64,000 nucleotides of DNA from Spongiibacteraceae bacterium. GTDB taxonomy: Bacteria > Pseudomonadota > Gammaproteobacteria > Pseudomonadales > Dasaniaceae. This document shows, one piece after another, positions 37,522 to 48,281 of the stretch. Each line of letters opens with the position of its first letter. Position 1 is the first letter of the stretch. Where the stretch lies: contig JANQLG010000012.1 of the NCBI GenBank assembly GCA_028280715.1, positions 62,211 to 126,210 of the forward strand, given 5' to 3'. A model generated the notes under the pieces. It ran no database searches, had not been told where the DNA came from, and saw only the letters and a list, made by a program, of their open reading frames with translations. The position numbers and the translations under genes were made by a program.

Positions 37522-37764
37522 CTAATCAATATTGACATCCGTATTTCGGGCCACTATACCCACTGACCTTAATAAAAAGGCAATGCTTTTATAAGGCAGA
37601 TCAATGACCAACTCAATCATGTCATACCATACATCATTACCCCGATGATGCTTGGGCCACAGATAATGAATAAAGAGGTATCCACTAATACAAGCAAAGA
37701 ACACAATCCAGTCAAAGCCATTGACAATCAAATCATAGACTAGATATGAACTGATAAAAAACAA
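37522..37764 (-). CDS. Small membrane protein (80 aa)
   Basis: Two hydrophobic helices. Weak call. Confidence 0.3.
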   Translation of the reverse strand: MFFISSYLVYDLIVNGFDWIVFFACISGYLFIHYLWPKHHRGNDVWYDMIELVIDLPYKSIAFLLRSVGIVARNTDVNID

Positions 37765-37823
37765 TAAAATTGAAATAATTGCCCTGAATGTATCGATGAT
37801 ATACCTTCCTTATTAGCAGCTAA

Positions 37824-38063
37824 TTATATACTAAACTCCATTCTTAACTGGTCGACTCTATCTGACAGCTCCCCCTGAAGCTCATCACGGTTTAACCTGC
37901 CAATTATATTTCTCAAAACACGTTTTTCATCTTCATCAACCACACCATCGCGTAATGCAATATCGACGATCTTATTTAGCTCATCGACATCCAGCTTACC
38001 ATCATCAGCAAAGCAGTTAATCGAATGAAAGCTCATTTCTAAATAATCGGTGGTATCACTCAT
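37824..38063 (-). CDS. TerB-like small acidic protein
   Basis: DGKLDVDELNKIVDIALRDGVVDEDEKRVLRNII resembles the TerB/DjlA-N fold pattern. Confidence 0.4.
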   Translation of the reverse strand: MSDTTDYLEMSFHSINCFADDGKLDVDELNKIVDIALRDGVVDEDEKRVLRNIIGRLNRDELQGELSDRVDQLRMEFSI

Positions 38064-38095
38064 TCCTGTATCTCCTTTTTAATCGTTAGATCAGT

Positions 38096-38629
38096 TTATT
38101 CAAAATTAGTAATAAGATATTGCCTTAACTGGTGTTTATTCGGATGTTGATCAAGCCACTCTTTAAAGACATCGAGCTTATCAAAATCATCCGGACTCAA
38201 TTGCTGCCTATAATGCTCTTTTAAATTTTCTTTCTGCTTCTCAATACGAATGTTTCGTTGCCAAGCATCCGTAAAAATGGAAGGCAGTTTAGTGTGATTA
38301 TCCTGCGACTTAAGTAACTGCCACTCACCCTTATCGAGCCATACTTCATCACAATAACTACAGAGTTCAATTTTATTATTAGATTCAGCACCTATTTGAA
38401 ACTTTGTCATCAGGCGGGAACATTTGGGGCATAGTTTGGCTTTACCAACATCTTCAACGACTACGTCGTCTAAGTCTCCTTTATCAACATCAATATTTTG
38501 ATCAATCCAGTAACGGTAATTGATTAATGGTAACAATACACCTTCGCACTTCGGGCAAGCAGCAGCAACCAAACCTTCATCTATAGATACTGGAGCCAAT
38601 CGATAACCCTTACATTGCGTACAATTCAT
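38096..38629 (-). CDS. Zinc-ribbon (TFIIB-type) domain protein
   Basis: Three CxxC pairs (CTQCKG...CPKCEG; CPKCSR...CSYCDE). Confidence 0.5.
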   Translation of the reverse strand: MNCTQCKGYRLAPVSIDEGLVAAACPKCEGVLLPLINYRYWIDQNIDVDKGDLDDVVVEDVGKAKLCPKCSRLMTKFQIGAESNNKIELCSYCDEVWLDKGEWQLLKSQDNHTKLPSIFTDAWQRNIRIEKQKENLKEHYRQQLSPDDFDKLDVFKEWLDQHPNKHQLRQYLITNFE

Positions 38630-38672
38630 AAATAATCCCCTACTCTATTAGTTATTTCCGCACCGATCTAAA

Positions 38673-39515
38673 CTAGGACCGCGGCATACAGCAACGCTTA
38701 TAACGTTTGCCACTACCACAGGGACAGGGTGCTTTTTTTCTGGGCTTGATATCTTCAGCAATGGCCAACACCTCTTGCTGGTAAAATTCTGTTAATGATT
38801 CATACAAATGTGGATGCTTATTTTTTAATAACTGCGGCCTTTCAAAAAAGTACTCCGATGCCACTGCAAAAAACTCTGCACGATTACTAGCACCATAATC
38901 GCGAATATTGCTACGCCTGCTATCAATTTCTTTAATTTTCTTTTCTATCAGATCAAACCAGGGTATCGAAAATCTAAATGCCTGTAGTCTTTCAGGAAAA
39001 CCATCACAGTCGCCATCAGCCATATCCACTAGATGGGCGAATTCATGGATACCAACATTTTTTTTATCCCTACTATTTTCAAACCCTGAATAGAGATGAG
39101 GCCGACTTAGTGCCATTTTGCCAGTCATAGGCCCTGTGCCCACCATACCACTTATGGTTGAATCTGGCTGCCCACACTCAAAGTTTTCATTAAAAACTCC
39201 TGGAAATAGATAGACTGCTCTTAAATTGAAGTAATGCCACTTAGGAAAGCCCCATACAGGAATGATTGCACTGGCAGCCACTAGCAAACAGTCTTCATCA
39301 GACACTTCAATTTGACCTGCCTCTACAGCTGTAGTTTGTAAAAAAAGCAGTGATCGCTGTTGAAAAAGTATTTTATCTTTATCATTTAATGTGCGGTAAA
39401 AAACTACCTTATCATTAAGGAAGTCTGACCAAGACTGTTGCCAAGTTATTACTTGTTTGGATTTATTAAACCCAAACAACTGACGTAACCATTGCTTTAG
39501 CTGACTAAACATCAA
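38673..39515 (-). CDS. MtfA/M90-family zinc peptidase fused to a C-terminal SEC-C motif
   Basis: HEFAHLVD zinc site. Collinear with E. coli MtfA (AEFFAVASEYFFERPQLL vs ECFAVLSEYFFSAPELF; FYQQ). The C-terminus carries CPCGSGKRYKRCC (SEC-C). Confidence 0.75.
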   Translation of the reverse strand: MMFSQLKQWLRQLFGFNKSKQVITWQQSWSDFLNDKVVFYRTLNDKDKILFQQRSLLFLQTTAVEAGQIEVSDEDCLLVAASAIIPVWGFPKWHYFNLRAVYLFPGVFNENFECGQPDSTISGMVGTGPMTGKMALSRPHLYSGFENSRDKKNVGIHEFAHLVDMADGDCDGFPERLQAFRFSIPWFDLIEKKIKEIDSRRSNIRDYGASNRAEFFAVASEYFFERPQLLKNKHPHLYESLTEFYQQEVLAIAEDIKPRKKAPCPCGSGKRYKRCCMPRS

Positions 39516-39545
39516 TCTATTTTTCGTAAATAGTGAAACAAAATA

Positions 39546-40121
39546 TTATAGGCGCCCATAACTTCTCCTTAGCAAAGTGGTCTTGGTGGCAATGGCACCA
39601 CATACCACACCTGCCACCACACCGAATAGATGTGACTCAAAGGACACGCCAGTTTGTATTGGCAAAATCCCATAAATCATTCCGCCATAAAAGAAGATGA
39701 CAAATAGGGCAATGGCAATATTTTTAAAACTGCGATCAAACCAGGCGATAGTAATGGATAAACTCCATAGACCAAATATCCATCCGCTAGCACCAATATG
39801 ACTGGCTTCTCTGCCAAATAACCAGACCAGTATGCCGGTTACTAAGATAATGATCAGACTGCTGATAAGGTAGAAGCTGACCGGCCGCACTAAACAGATA
39901 GCACTAAAAATACTTAAGCCAATGATGTTATTGATTAAGTGCCAATAGCTGCCATGGATAAATGGCGCAGTAATGATGTGGTACCAGTTTTCCGGTGAAC
40001 GAGGAATAATGCCGTATTGATTAAATTGTCCATCCAGTATGATATTGAAAATGTGGATAATACTGATCAACATTACCACACAGGTAATAACTCGTACTCT
40101 TAACCACAAAGAGCTCGTCAT
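39546..40121 (-). CDS. Rhomboid-family intramembrane serine protease
   Basis: 6-TM core with the GASGWIFGL (GxSG) catalytic motif and a downstream His. Start overlaps the stop of the giant AAA gene. Confidence 0.8.
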   Translation of the reverse strand: MTSSLWLRVRVITCVVMLISIIHIFNIILDGQFNQYGIIPRSPENWYHIITAPFIHGSYWHLINNIIGLSIFSAICLVRPVSFYLISSLIIILVTGILVWLFGREASHIGASGWIFGLWSLSITIAWFDRSFKNIAIALFVIFFYGGMIYGILPIQTGVSFESHLFGVVAGVVCGAIATKTTLLRRSYGRL

Positions 40122-43100
40122 TACTCATCTCTCTTAGGTGACTTCTTTGATGACCGTTTTGGAGAGCTTTCTATAACTTGGGCTTCAGCCACGTGGGTTT
40201 CGAGATTACGCAACTGCTCAGAAATATCTTTCATTTTATTATGCGTACGAAGATCAATTTCCAGTTTTTTATCCATACTTCGCACTAAAGGAAAAATACT
40301 ATGCTCAATGGTTTCTGCCAGAACAGTCAGCACTTTATCAATTCCGGGTACAGGTTCATTAACGACTTTTACTGATGGTTTACTCTGCTTAACAACATCT
40401 GCCAGCTTATCGACAACATTCGCTAATTCCTGTGAAGATCTATCACTGCCACTCACTGATGACGTACTTACCTGAGTGGCTACATCTTTTAATTCTTGAA
40501 CACCATTGACCAAATCCACTAACTGGGCAACCACTTTTCCACCCACATCCGCATCATCACCACCCATGGCTTTATTACGCAGAAAATCCTTTTTAATTTG
40601 CTGCCAACGTCGCCCCTCTTCCGCCGTAATATTGCCTCGAAGTTCTACTAATTTGAGCAAATTGTCTTCTGCCCCCGTGGTGAGCAATTGCGCTTCACCC
40701 AAATAATGATCTGCAATCATCTGCATTAATTCTTCTTCATTCATTACTGCAGAAATTTTTTCCGTCATTTTATTCATGTTGCGATAACTGCCCTGTAGTT
40801 TAAAGGCAGGTTCGGTGCGATATTTATCATCCTGCGCTGCTGATGCGATATACTGCTGGTTAATTTTTAGGACGACATCCTGGACAACAAACATTTTTTT
40901 CAGGATTTCGGTGATTTCATTAATTTCTGCACCACTGTATGAATGGCTCAAATCAGTAGTAGCAACATTCGCTCCTTTGGCCATATTAATCAGTTTGTAG
41001 ACATCATCCATTTCACGCACTGCTAGTGGAGCTAATACGGAATTAGAGGTCAGCGCATTCTCGACATAACTCAAAGCAAACTGCTCATCCATGCCACCTA
41101 AAATATCACCCAAGTTATAAATATCGGCACGGTTAGCCAGCATATCCGGTATTTTGAAAGCTTCACCGGATTCGGTATAAGGATTACCGGCCATTACCAC
41201 ACAGAATTTTCGACCGCGCATATCATAGGTTTTGGTGGCACCTTTCCAAACACCTTCAATACGGCGCGTACCATCACACAGCGAAATAAATTTTTGCAGA
41301 AATTCGGGATGGGTATGTTGTATATCGTCTAAATACAACATTACATTGTTACCCATCTCCAGCGCTAAATTTAACTTGCCGAGCTCTTGCCTTGCAGTAG
41401 CATTGGGTGCCTGCTCTGGGTCCAGTGATAAAACATCATGACCTAGGGAAGGGCAATTGATCTTCATAAAGATCAAGCCCAAGCGATTAGCCACATATTC
41501 CATCAAGGTGGTTTTACCGTAGCCTGGCGGAGAGATCATCATCAACAAACCCATGAGGTCGGTACGCTTGTTTTCACCAACAGTGCCCATTTGCTTGGCC
41601 AGATTGTCACCAATTAACGGCAAGTAGGATTCATTGATTAATCGATTACGCACAAAGGAGCTGAGCGGCCTTGGCTTGAATTCTTCTAACCGCAGTTTTT
41701 CTCGCTGTTCTTTTATGGTGTTTTGGCGCAACTCTAAATAATGATGATAGGAAGGCACCACTTCGAAGCGATGTTTTTCCATACGCTGCAAATAAGAATC
41801 CAACGAAAATTGTAGCTGTCGATTTTCTATTGTCGGGTGATCGCCTAATAGCCCTTCTATTGTTAGTTCCAGATCCACCTCGGTTAAACGGCGCTCTAAA
41901 CGTTCATCGGCATTAATGAGAGCCACTGCTTCTGGGATATACCCTTCCATGCCTTCGAGGTTTTTTTCTTTGATTAGTGCATCCAACCAAGCCGTCGATA
42001 AGTTCCAACGCTCTGCTGGCCATCCCATCATTTTATCCAAGGCCATTTGATAACGCCGCCAGGTACTATCATCCATGGAGCGTTTTAATTCCTCGACCAA
42101 ATAGGTGGCATATTTGCTGCCGATAAATTCGACCCTTTCTCGACCCAATTCAGCCACTAAATAATCGGCCGCTCGGCGAATATCCAACTCATTAACAGGA
42201 ATCGGATGCAACTCAACAAAAACAGTCAGCGCCTCGCGCACTTCACTTGCTAATAACTCAATAGCTTCTGAACTAGCAAAAACCGATTGCATTTGGGCGG
42301 CAGACTGTGCTCGTTCTGGCCAAGTGGTGAAAGATAGCGCCTCACGCTCCGCTTCACTGGGTTTGTTTTTGGCTAAATTTTTTATATTGGCCCAGAATAC
42401 TTGTGCCAATCCGCGACTTAATGGATCATAGCGCAACAAGTCAGCACGATCGATAGCAGGTATTAAAGCTTTTAATAACAACACCGCATCGTGATCGTGA
42501 ACACCCTTCTCATATCCCTCTTTATAGCGGGGCGCAGCAAAATCTCTCACTAAGGCGTTAATCAATTCATCATCCAATAAACTCTGCTGTAGTTTATCCG
42601 CCGTCAATTCATTCTGTTGGTGCTTGGCCGCTTCAATGATTAAAGATGCCAGATACTCTGACCGATAGACCTCTGGTGTCTCAGACTCCAGTGACATATC
42701 CCAATAATCACGCATTGCTTGTAAATCGGAGTGAGTAATAGGCTCATAAAAATCGGTACCCGTTAAATGCAAATTTAATGCGCCACTACGAGGGATAATG
42801 GTTAAATCCAGCTCCTGAGTATTAACTGAAAACTTATGGCGAGGCCCTAGTTTTATAATATTACCGCCATCTTCAAAGATATCTGTTTTATCACGCAACG
42901 AACGTAACGCTTGTTCTTTAATTGCTTTAAAGCGAGCCTCAACGTCATCGGCTTTTACCGCGCTATCCAACTCACGCAATTGTTCAATCAGCTCACGAGC
43001 TTTCAGCACTAAAGCGTCGGAGGCAAAATACGTATTTAATTCATCCGCCTCTGTAAATTTAAGCGAGCGTTTTTCTATACTAGCAAGAATACGATCGGCA

Positions 43101-45448
43101 GCATCGGTAATCGATTGCGCTTTTCGCTGACGCTCATCGAGTAATTGCTGTTTATGGCTTTCAAAGGATTCATATATTTCCTCACGCTTATCCATTATAT
43201 CTGCAAGGAATTGATCAAAATTTGTGAACTGGCTTTCCAACTCTTCCAATTGCACTAGCAAGCGGGACAGTTGTTCGTCACATTTTTCCGGCGTTGTTGC
43301 CAAGCCTAATGCGTTGGTAATACTTTGAGAAAATAATTTAAACTGTGCACCGAACTGAGCAACGGCTTCTTCTGAACCGAGATTTTTCTGTTTATGCTTG
43401 GCATTAGCTTTGCTCTGATTCAGTTTTGAATAAACCTGGGAAATGGCATCAATGATACAGGTACGAACAGTGGCATCTTCGACCTTTAAGGTTCCCATTA
43501 ATTCTGATAATAAATCCAAGCCTGATGCTGTTGTTTCAATAGTATCTATTAATGGCTGCAGAGCAGCATTGGTCTCAGCCTGATCGACTTCTTTATTAAG
43601 CGTATCAATTTTTATCAGGTATGGCTCAAGTGCTTTTTCATCGGAGAGGAAAACCACCGTCTGTTCACTGAGAGACTCTTCTGTACGCTGTAGCTCCTGA
43701 TCCAACTCTTCAATGCGAGCAACATCGATATATCGATTGTCTTTAATGGTGGTGAGGTGGCCACGCTGGCGCCGCAGCTTTCCCAATGCATCGACAAACT
43801 CTTCAGCTGTTTCCCAGTTTTCTGAGCGAATAACCTGCAGCAATTCTTCCTGATCACGTTCAGCCTCCAGCATAGTTTTCGCCGATTGCTGGCGAATACT
43901 TTCGACTTTTTCAAATTCATCAATGACCAATTCTGAAGTCGATGAGATCTCTTTAAGAGTCACTGCTATATCTTGGGTTTCGGTATCTTCAACCCAATAG
44001 TGATCATCAAAAACCTTTTTCGCTGCCTTGCTCAGCTCTTCATACAAACGTAGCGACACTGACTGATTGTCAATCCTTCGACAAATACTATATAAGTCGG
44101 ATACACCTCGCACCAACTCAGCATTACCGATCCTGCCAAAAAATGTTTGGCTGGCAGGTGCTTTACTGGCAAATTCTGTGCTCTGGTAGGGCGTTTGCCA
44201 AATTTGCATAGGATGTACACGTATGGGTTCTTCTTCGGCGGAAAAAATAACCAGCTGACCATTTTCTGCCAGAGCATAACCATGGCTATAAATAGGATTT
44301 TGTAATTGTTTTTCGATCAGGTTGTAGGCAAATAATCCAACATTGCCCTCTTCTTGTTCATAGAAAACATAGAGAACATCTTCTCCATTGGGTGAACGAA
44401 TAGATCGCTTAAACTTTAAGCCTGCAACCTCTTCATCAAAGGCCTTGTATTCGCCCGTTTGTAAGTAGTAACCACCGGGAAATATCAATCCATGATCTTC
44501 AGGCAGCTGCACACAGGACTGCCCAATGGCATCAACACGTAATACTTTTTGGATTAAGGTGTTATAGATATAATAACGCCAGCGCTCTTCTTGGTAAGGT
44601 CTGATTTTTAACAGTATTAAGCTACCAACTGCAGCATAAGCTATTTGCGCATCATCCAGTGATTGAGTTTTATCTTCGACTGACTCCCGATAAACCCCTA
44701 ATCCATCTTCAGTATTATTTTCGATTTTGATGGTAAGGTCACCGCCCAAGGTTTCAACGAACACGGTGTCAAGCACATTAATGTGAGGATGACGGCCATG
44801 AATGGCGTCTTCTCGTGTCGTATCAATCCATTCAAAATCGTACTCGGGAGGCAGTTGAATATCGCGCTCGCCACGATTATCGATATAGCGCAATTCCTTT
44901 TCATCAGCCGAAACTGACCAGCGAAAGACGCGAATATCTTCAAGTCGCTCACCAATTTGAAAACCTGCCAACAACTTACCATCTTTAATAGTAAGCTCAA
45001 CCAGCTTGGTATGTTTGTAGTAACGATATAACTCTTCAAAATCACTAACAAAACTACTCTGGGTTAAAAAAGTACCCGCCAGCGATACTGGCTCCATTTC
45101 ATAGTTGCCGTCTGTCTGCTTAATATCAAACAACGCAAACACATCTTCAATTTTGGTTTCTTTTTTAAGACCAATAAAGACGTTGTAACCAAAGAGTAGA
45201 TGATCACCTACCTGGACGATATCTCTGGCAATGCAGTTATTTTCTGTGCGCACTCGAACTCGAGCGAGTACATCCATATCCAAACTACCAAATTCTTCTA
45301 AGCGAGACTCATTAAGCGCCTGTACTTTTTGGCTGAGCGTTTGCCCCTGGCTTACCAGGCGCTTGCGAATAATGTCGTAAGCACCGCCTTCGGCTACTGC
45401 GCTGTCGACTATATCGTTAGCTTCCACAGCCTGCTCTTGCTGTTCCAT
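40121..45448 (-). CDS. Giant (1775 aa) coiled-coil protein with a single C-terminal AAA_5-type (MoxR/dynein/midasin-like) ATPase domain
   Basis: Walker A ISPPGYGKTT. Walker B VMLYLDDIQ. AAA_5-like sensor stretch KFCVVMAGNPYTESGEAFKIPDMLANRADIYNL. The 1200-aa N-terminal region and the C-terminal tail are rich in heptad-like E/K/L/Q segments. Directly downstream of yqiJK-like flotillin genes. Confidence 0.8.
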   Translation of the reverse strand: MEQQEQAVEANDIVDSAVAEGGAYDIIRKRLVSQGQTLSQKVQALNESRLEEFGSLDMDVLARVRVRTENNCIARDIVQVGDHLLFGYNVFIGLKKETKIEDVFALFDIKQTDGNYEMEPVSLAGTFLTQSSFVSDFEELYRYYKHTKLVELTIKDGKLLAGFQIGERLEDIRVFRWSVSADEKELRYIDNRGERDIQLPPEYDFEWIDTTREDAIHGRHPHINVLDTVFVETLGGDLTIKIENNTEDGLGVYRESVEDKTQSLDDAQIAYAAVGSLILLKIRPYQEERWRYYIYNTLIQKVLRVDAIGQSCVQLPEDHGLIFPGGYYLQTGEYKAFDEEVAGLKFKRSIRSPNGEDVLYVFYEQEEGNVGLFAYNLIEKQLQNPIYSHGYALAENGQLVIFSAEEEPIRVHPMQIWQTPYQSTEFASKAPASQTFFGRIGNAELVRGVSDLYSICRRIDNQSVSLRLYEELSKAAKKVFDDHYWVEDTETQDIAVTLKEISSTSELVIDEFEKVESIRQQSAKTMLEAERDQEELLQVIRSENWETAEEFVDALGKLRRQRGHLTTIKDNRYIDVARIEELDQELQRTEESLSEQTVVFLSDEKALEPYLIKIDTLNKEVDQAETNAALQPLIDTIETTASGLDLLSELMGTLKVEDATVRTCIIDAISQVYSKLNQSKANAKHKQKNLGSEEAVAQFGAQFKLFSQSITNALGLATTPEKCDEQLSRLLVQLEELESQFTNFDQFLADIMDKREEIYESFESHKQQLLDERQRKAQSITDAADRILASIEKRSLKFTEADELNTYFASDALVLKARELIEQLRELDSAVKADDVEARFKAIKEQALRSLRDKTDIFEDGGNIIKLGPRHKFSVNTQELDLTIIPRSGALNLHLTGTDFYEPITHSDLQAMRDYWDMSLESETPEVYRSEYLASLIIEAAKHQQNELTADKLQQSLLDDELINALVRDFAAPRYKEGYEKGVHDHDAVLLLKALIPAIDRADLLRYDPLSRGLAQVFWANIKNLAKNKPSEAEREALSFTTWPERAQSAAQMQSVFASSEAIELLASEVREALTVFVELHPIPVNELDIRRAADYLVAELGRERVEFIGSKYATYLVEELKRSMDDSTWRRYQMALDKMMGWPAERWNLSTAWLDALIKEKNLEGMEGYIPEAVALINADERLERRLTEVDLELTIEGLLGDHPTIENRQLQFSLDSYLQRMEKHRFEVVPSYHHYLELRQNTIKEQREKLRLEEFKPRPLSSFVRNRLINESYLPLIGDNLAKQMGTVGENKRTDLMGLLMMISPPGYGKTTLMEYVANRLGLIFMKINCPSLGHDVLSLDPEQAPNATARQELGKLNLALEMGNNVMLYLDDIQHTHPEFLQKFISLCDGTRRIEGVWKGATKTYDMRGRKFCVVMAGNPYTESGEAFKIPDMLANRADIYNLGDILGGMDEQFALSYVENALTSNSVLAPLAVREMDDVYKLINMAKGANVATTDLSHSYSGAEINEITEILKKMFVVQDVVLKINQQYIASAAQDDKYRTEPAFKLQGSYRNMNKMTEKISAVMNEEELMQMIADHYLGEAQLLTTGAEDNLLKLVELRGNITAEEGRRWQQIKKDFLRNKAMGGDDADVGGKVVAQLVDLVNGVQELKDVATQVSTSSVSGSDRSSQELANVVDKLADVVKQSKPSVKVVNEPVPGIDKVLTVLAETIEHSIFPLVRSMDKKLEIDLRTHNKMKDISEQLRNLETHVAEAQVIESSPKRSSKKSPKRDE

Positions 45449-45521
45449 ATCACTTTCCTTAAGCTCAAACAGTGGTTAATAAAAGAGGCAGAGACATTTC
45501 ACCCCTGCTATGAAAACCTGA

Positions 45522-47471
45522 TCAGGCCTTCTCTTGCTCTTCATTAACGGCTGTTGGCTTGCCGTCGATGATGCGGCCAATCAGCGCTGCAATGGTATCG
45601 CTCTTATCAGCCAAACCGTCTACAGCTTTACCAATTGACAAGGACTTGGCGAAATTATTAAAGAAGTGATCTTCTCCACCCACGATATCAATTTTGGCTT
45701 TCTGTAGGGCAACAGCCAGCACTTCAGCATTTTCTCTGGCGATATCCTTACCCGCATCAATTGAAGCCAATGCTTCTTTCAGCGCGGTTTCTAGCCCCAT
45801 GCGATATTCCTCGTGCTCTCGCGCATCAGCACTCATACTGTTCATGGCTTCGAATTTATCTACTAAGCCGTCTGCTTCCGCCTTAAATTGCTCACGAGTC
45901 ACATCGGCACCGGCCATACCTATTTCTTTAGCTGCCTGCGCTTCTGAATTACCTTTGGCGGCTATGACTTCAGCCTCAGCTTTACCCGTTTCACGTTGTG
46001 CGCTAGCTTCCGCATCGCCTTTAGCCTTAACAACAGTAGCTTCTGCCAAACCTTCTTTTTCCTGCGCATCGGCTTTCGCTTCCTGAACTTTGGCATCAGC
46101 CAAACCAGGTGCCGCACGCTCAGCCTGAACACCTTCGGCCAGTTTTTTCTTAGCATCGGCTTCTTTGGCCGCAGCTTCCAGTTCTGCTTGCGCAATGGTC
46201 GTTATTTCAATCGCTTTATGTTTTGCAGAAAGCTCTTCAGCCTCAGCCGCTTTGACTTGCTTAACCTTTTCCTCATCAGCCTGAGCTTCAGCTGCTAACA
46301 CTTGCGTTTGTTTCGCACGGTCAGCTTCAGAGACTTCACGAACTTCCTTAATACGTTCCTCTTCTATAGCAACGGTCTTATCAACGGCAACACGTTCACG
46401 AATAACATTAGCAATTTCTTTTTTCTCAACTTCCACCGCTTTCTCAGCTTCAATTCTTTGCAACTCCACCTCACGTTCTCTGGCAACAATTTCCAAATCA
46501 CGTGCACGTGTTACTTTTTCTTCTTCTATCGCTACAGCACGCTGACGATTTTGCTCTGCTACTTCAATTTCACGCTTTTGATTTTCAGTTTGTACTGATA
46601 GATCTTGTTCAACTTGAATAGTAGTTGCCTCTGCTTTGCGCCGTTCTTCTTCCTGAACTTTCTTGGTTTCTGCTTCTTCACGAGCACGGATAGTGGCAAT
46701 TTCACGCTCTTGTTTCGCTTCTGCATCTGACTGTTGACGCTCTAATTCAAGCATCGCCTCAACTGTTTCGACATTTTTCTTCTTAATGGCTAACTCTTCG
46801 TCGCGCTCAAGAATATTGGTCCGAATATTTTGCTCAGCAGTTAATTCCGTAATTTTCTTAATACCTTCAGCATCAAGGATATTAGAGGGATCAAGTGAAG
46901 CCTTTGGTGTCTGCTCTAAATAATCAATGGCCACATCTTCTAATACATAACCGTTCAGGTCATCACCGATAACCCGAATAATTTTTTCACGGAATTCCTG
47001 GCGATTTTCAAACAACTTAACAAAATCGATTTGTTTACCCACTGTTTTTAAGGCTTCAGAAAACTTTGCATTGAATAACTGATTAACAGCTTCTTTATCC
47101 GACGCTCTTCCCGCCCCAATGGATTTAGCAACCTTTAACACATCATCGGCTGTTTCATTCACTCTTAGATAGAATGCAACGGTTATATCCGCCCTCATAT
47201 TATCCGCACAAATCAAACCATCCTGGCCTCGGCGATCAACCTCAAGGGTGATTAATGAAATTTTCATTAATTCCTTTTTATAAATAATGGGATACACCAA
47301 AGCACCGGTAAAATGGACCTTTGGTTTAGCACTCATATCATTAACAATTAATGCTGTACCCTGCTCAACCTTTACATAGAACGACTTAAATAATGCGGCA
47401 AACCCCATAAGAATGACAAAAAAGATGCCGACTCCCATAATGATGGGCATAAGAACTGATAGATCAGCCAT
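45522..47471 (-). CDS. yqiK: Flotillin-family SPFH protein (YqiK-like)
   Basis: N-terminal TM, SPFH domain, then a long EA-rich flotillin repeat region. Architecture and N-terminus resemble E. coli YqiK. Confidence 0.85.
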   Translation of the reverse strand: MADLSVLMPIIMGVGIFFVILMGFAALFKSFYVKVEQGTALIVNDMSAKPKVHFTGALVYPIIYKKELMKISLITLEVDRRGQDGLICADNMRADITVAFYLRVNETADDVLKVAKSIGAGRASDKEAVNQLFNAKFSEALKTVGKQIDFVKLFENRQEFREKIIRVIGDDLNGYVLEDVAIDYLEQTPKASLDPSNILDAEGIKKITELTAEQNIRTNILERDEELAIKKKNVETVEAMLELERQQSDAEAKQEREIATIRAREEAETKKVQEEERRKAEATTIQVEQDLSVQTENQKREIEVAEQNRQRAVAIEEEKVTRARDLEIVAREREVELQRIEAEKAVEVEKKEIANVIRERVAVDKTVAIEEERIKEVREVSEADRAKQTQVLAAEAQADEEKVKQVKAAEAEELSAKHKAIEITTIAQAELEAAAKEADAKKKLAEGVQAERAAPGLADAKVQEAKADAQEKEGLAEATVVKAKGDAEASAQRETGKAEAEVIAAKGNSEAQAAKEIGMAGADVTREQFKAEADGLVDKFEAMNSMSADAREHEEYRMGLETALKEALASIDAGKDIARENAEVLAVALQKAKIDIVGGEDHFFNNFAKSLSIGKAVDGLADKSDTIAALIGRIIDGKPTAVNEEQEKA

Positions 47472-47518
47472 AGTGGTTACTCCATTTCCTAATAGTTAAA
47501 TAACAATATTTTTAATAG

Positions 47519-48214
47519 TTAGCTTCCAGAAAATTCTTGCTCAGAAACAACGCGGTATACGTTTTCTTCTTTTAAATGCTCCAACAGCACAACGCGATCT
47601 CCTTTTACGAATTCATCATCACCTGTTGCTCTCACTTTGAGAATAAGCCCCGCCCCACCATCTTCTAACATAGCCTCACCAAAACCCTGATCAACTCGAG
47701 AGGTTCTGACAATCGCCGTCTGGCCTAATATATGTTTTACGGTTTGTTGTTGTGCTTTTTTGAATAACGGCCTTAATGGCTTAATAACAACGGCGGTTAT
47801 CATAACCGCTACGTATAGCGACCCGAATAAAATGGGGATTCCGACTAAAAACTCTAAAAAAGCACCTGGAACTAGGCCAAATAGAAAATGAACGGCATAG
47901 TAGGATAACAGCCATCCAAACAAAGATATAAACGAGATAATGACGGTGACGGGAACGCCATGCAGACCAAACCTCAACATCAGCCCGGCCAACACATCGG
48001 GATTTGATAACCCATCTGCATCAACAGCAAATGCACCGTCAGTTTCAGGAAGATCAAAATCGAGAATGTCAATTTCTACAAATCCCAAAACAGCAACCAA
48101 CCAATACAGAACGGTAATAGCTAAGAAAAACGTAAAGAAAACGGTCGGGAATGAAGCAATATTTTGGTAAAACGGATCCATTCCCTCCGTTAAAAAAATT
48201 GCAAACATTCCCAC
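47519..48214 (-). CDS. yqiJ: YqiJ/NfeD-like membrane protein
   Basis: Multi-TM N-terminal half plus a soluble OB-like C-terminus. Positioned upstream of the flotillin as in the E. coli yqiJK operon. Confidence 0.6.
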   Translation of the reverse strand: MGMFAIFLTEGMDPFYQNIASFPTVFFTFFLAITVLYWLVAVLGFVEIDILDFDLPETDGAFAVDADGLSNPDVLAGLMLRFGLHGVPVTVIISFISLFGWLLSYYAVHFLFGLVPGAFLEFLVGIPILFGSLYVAVMITAVVIKPLRPLFKKAQQQTVKHILGQTAIVRTSRVDQGFGEAMLEDGGAGLILKVRATGDDEFVKGDRVVLLEHLKEENVYRVVSEQEFSGS

Positions 48215-48281
48215 CTCCTTTTTTGATTGTGTTTATTCCTAAGACACTGATACTTAACAATACGTATCAGTTAAGAATTAA

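Noticed and set aside
45694-46598. Plus-strand ORFs (130, 100, 98 aa) inside the flotillin gene
   Set aside because: They are antisense to the EA-rich low-complexity repeat region of YqiK. Open frames arise from the codon-biased repeats, and there is no RBS or motif.
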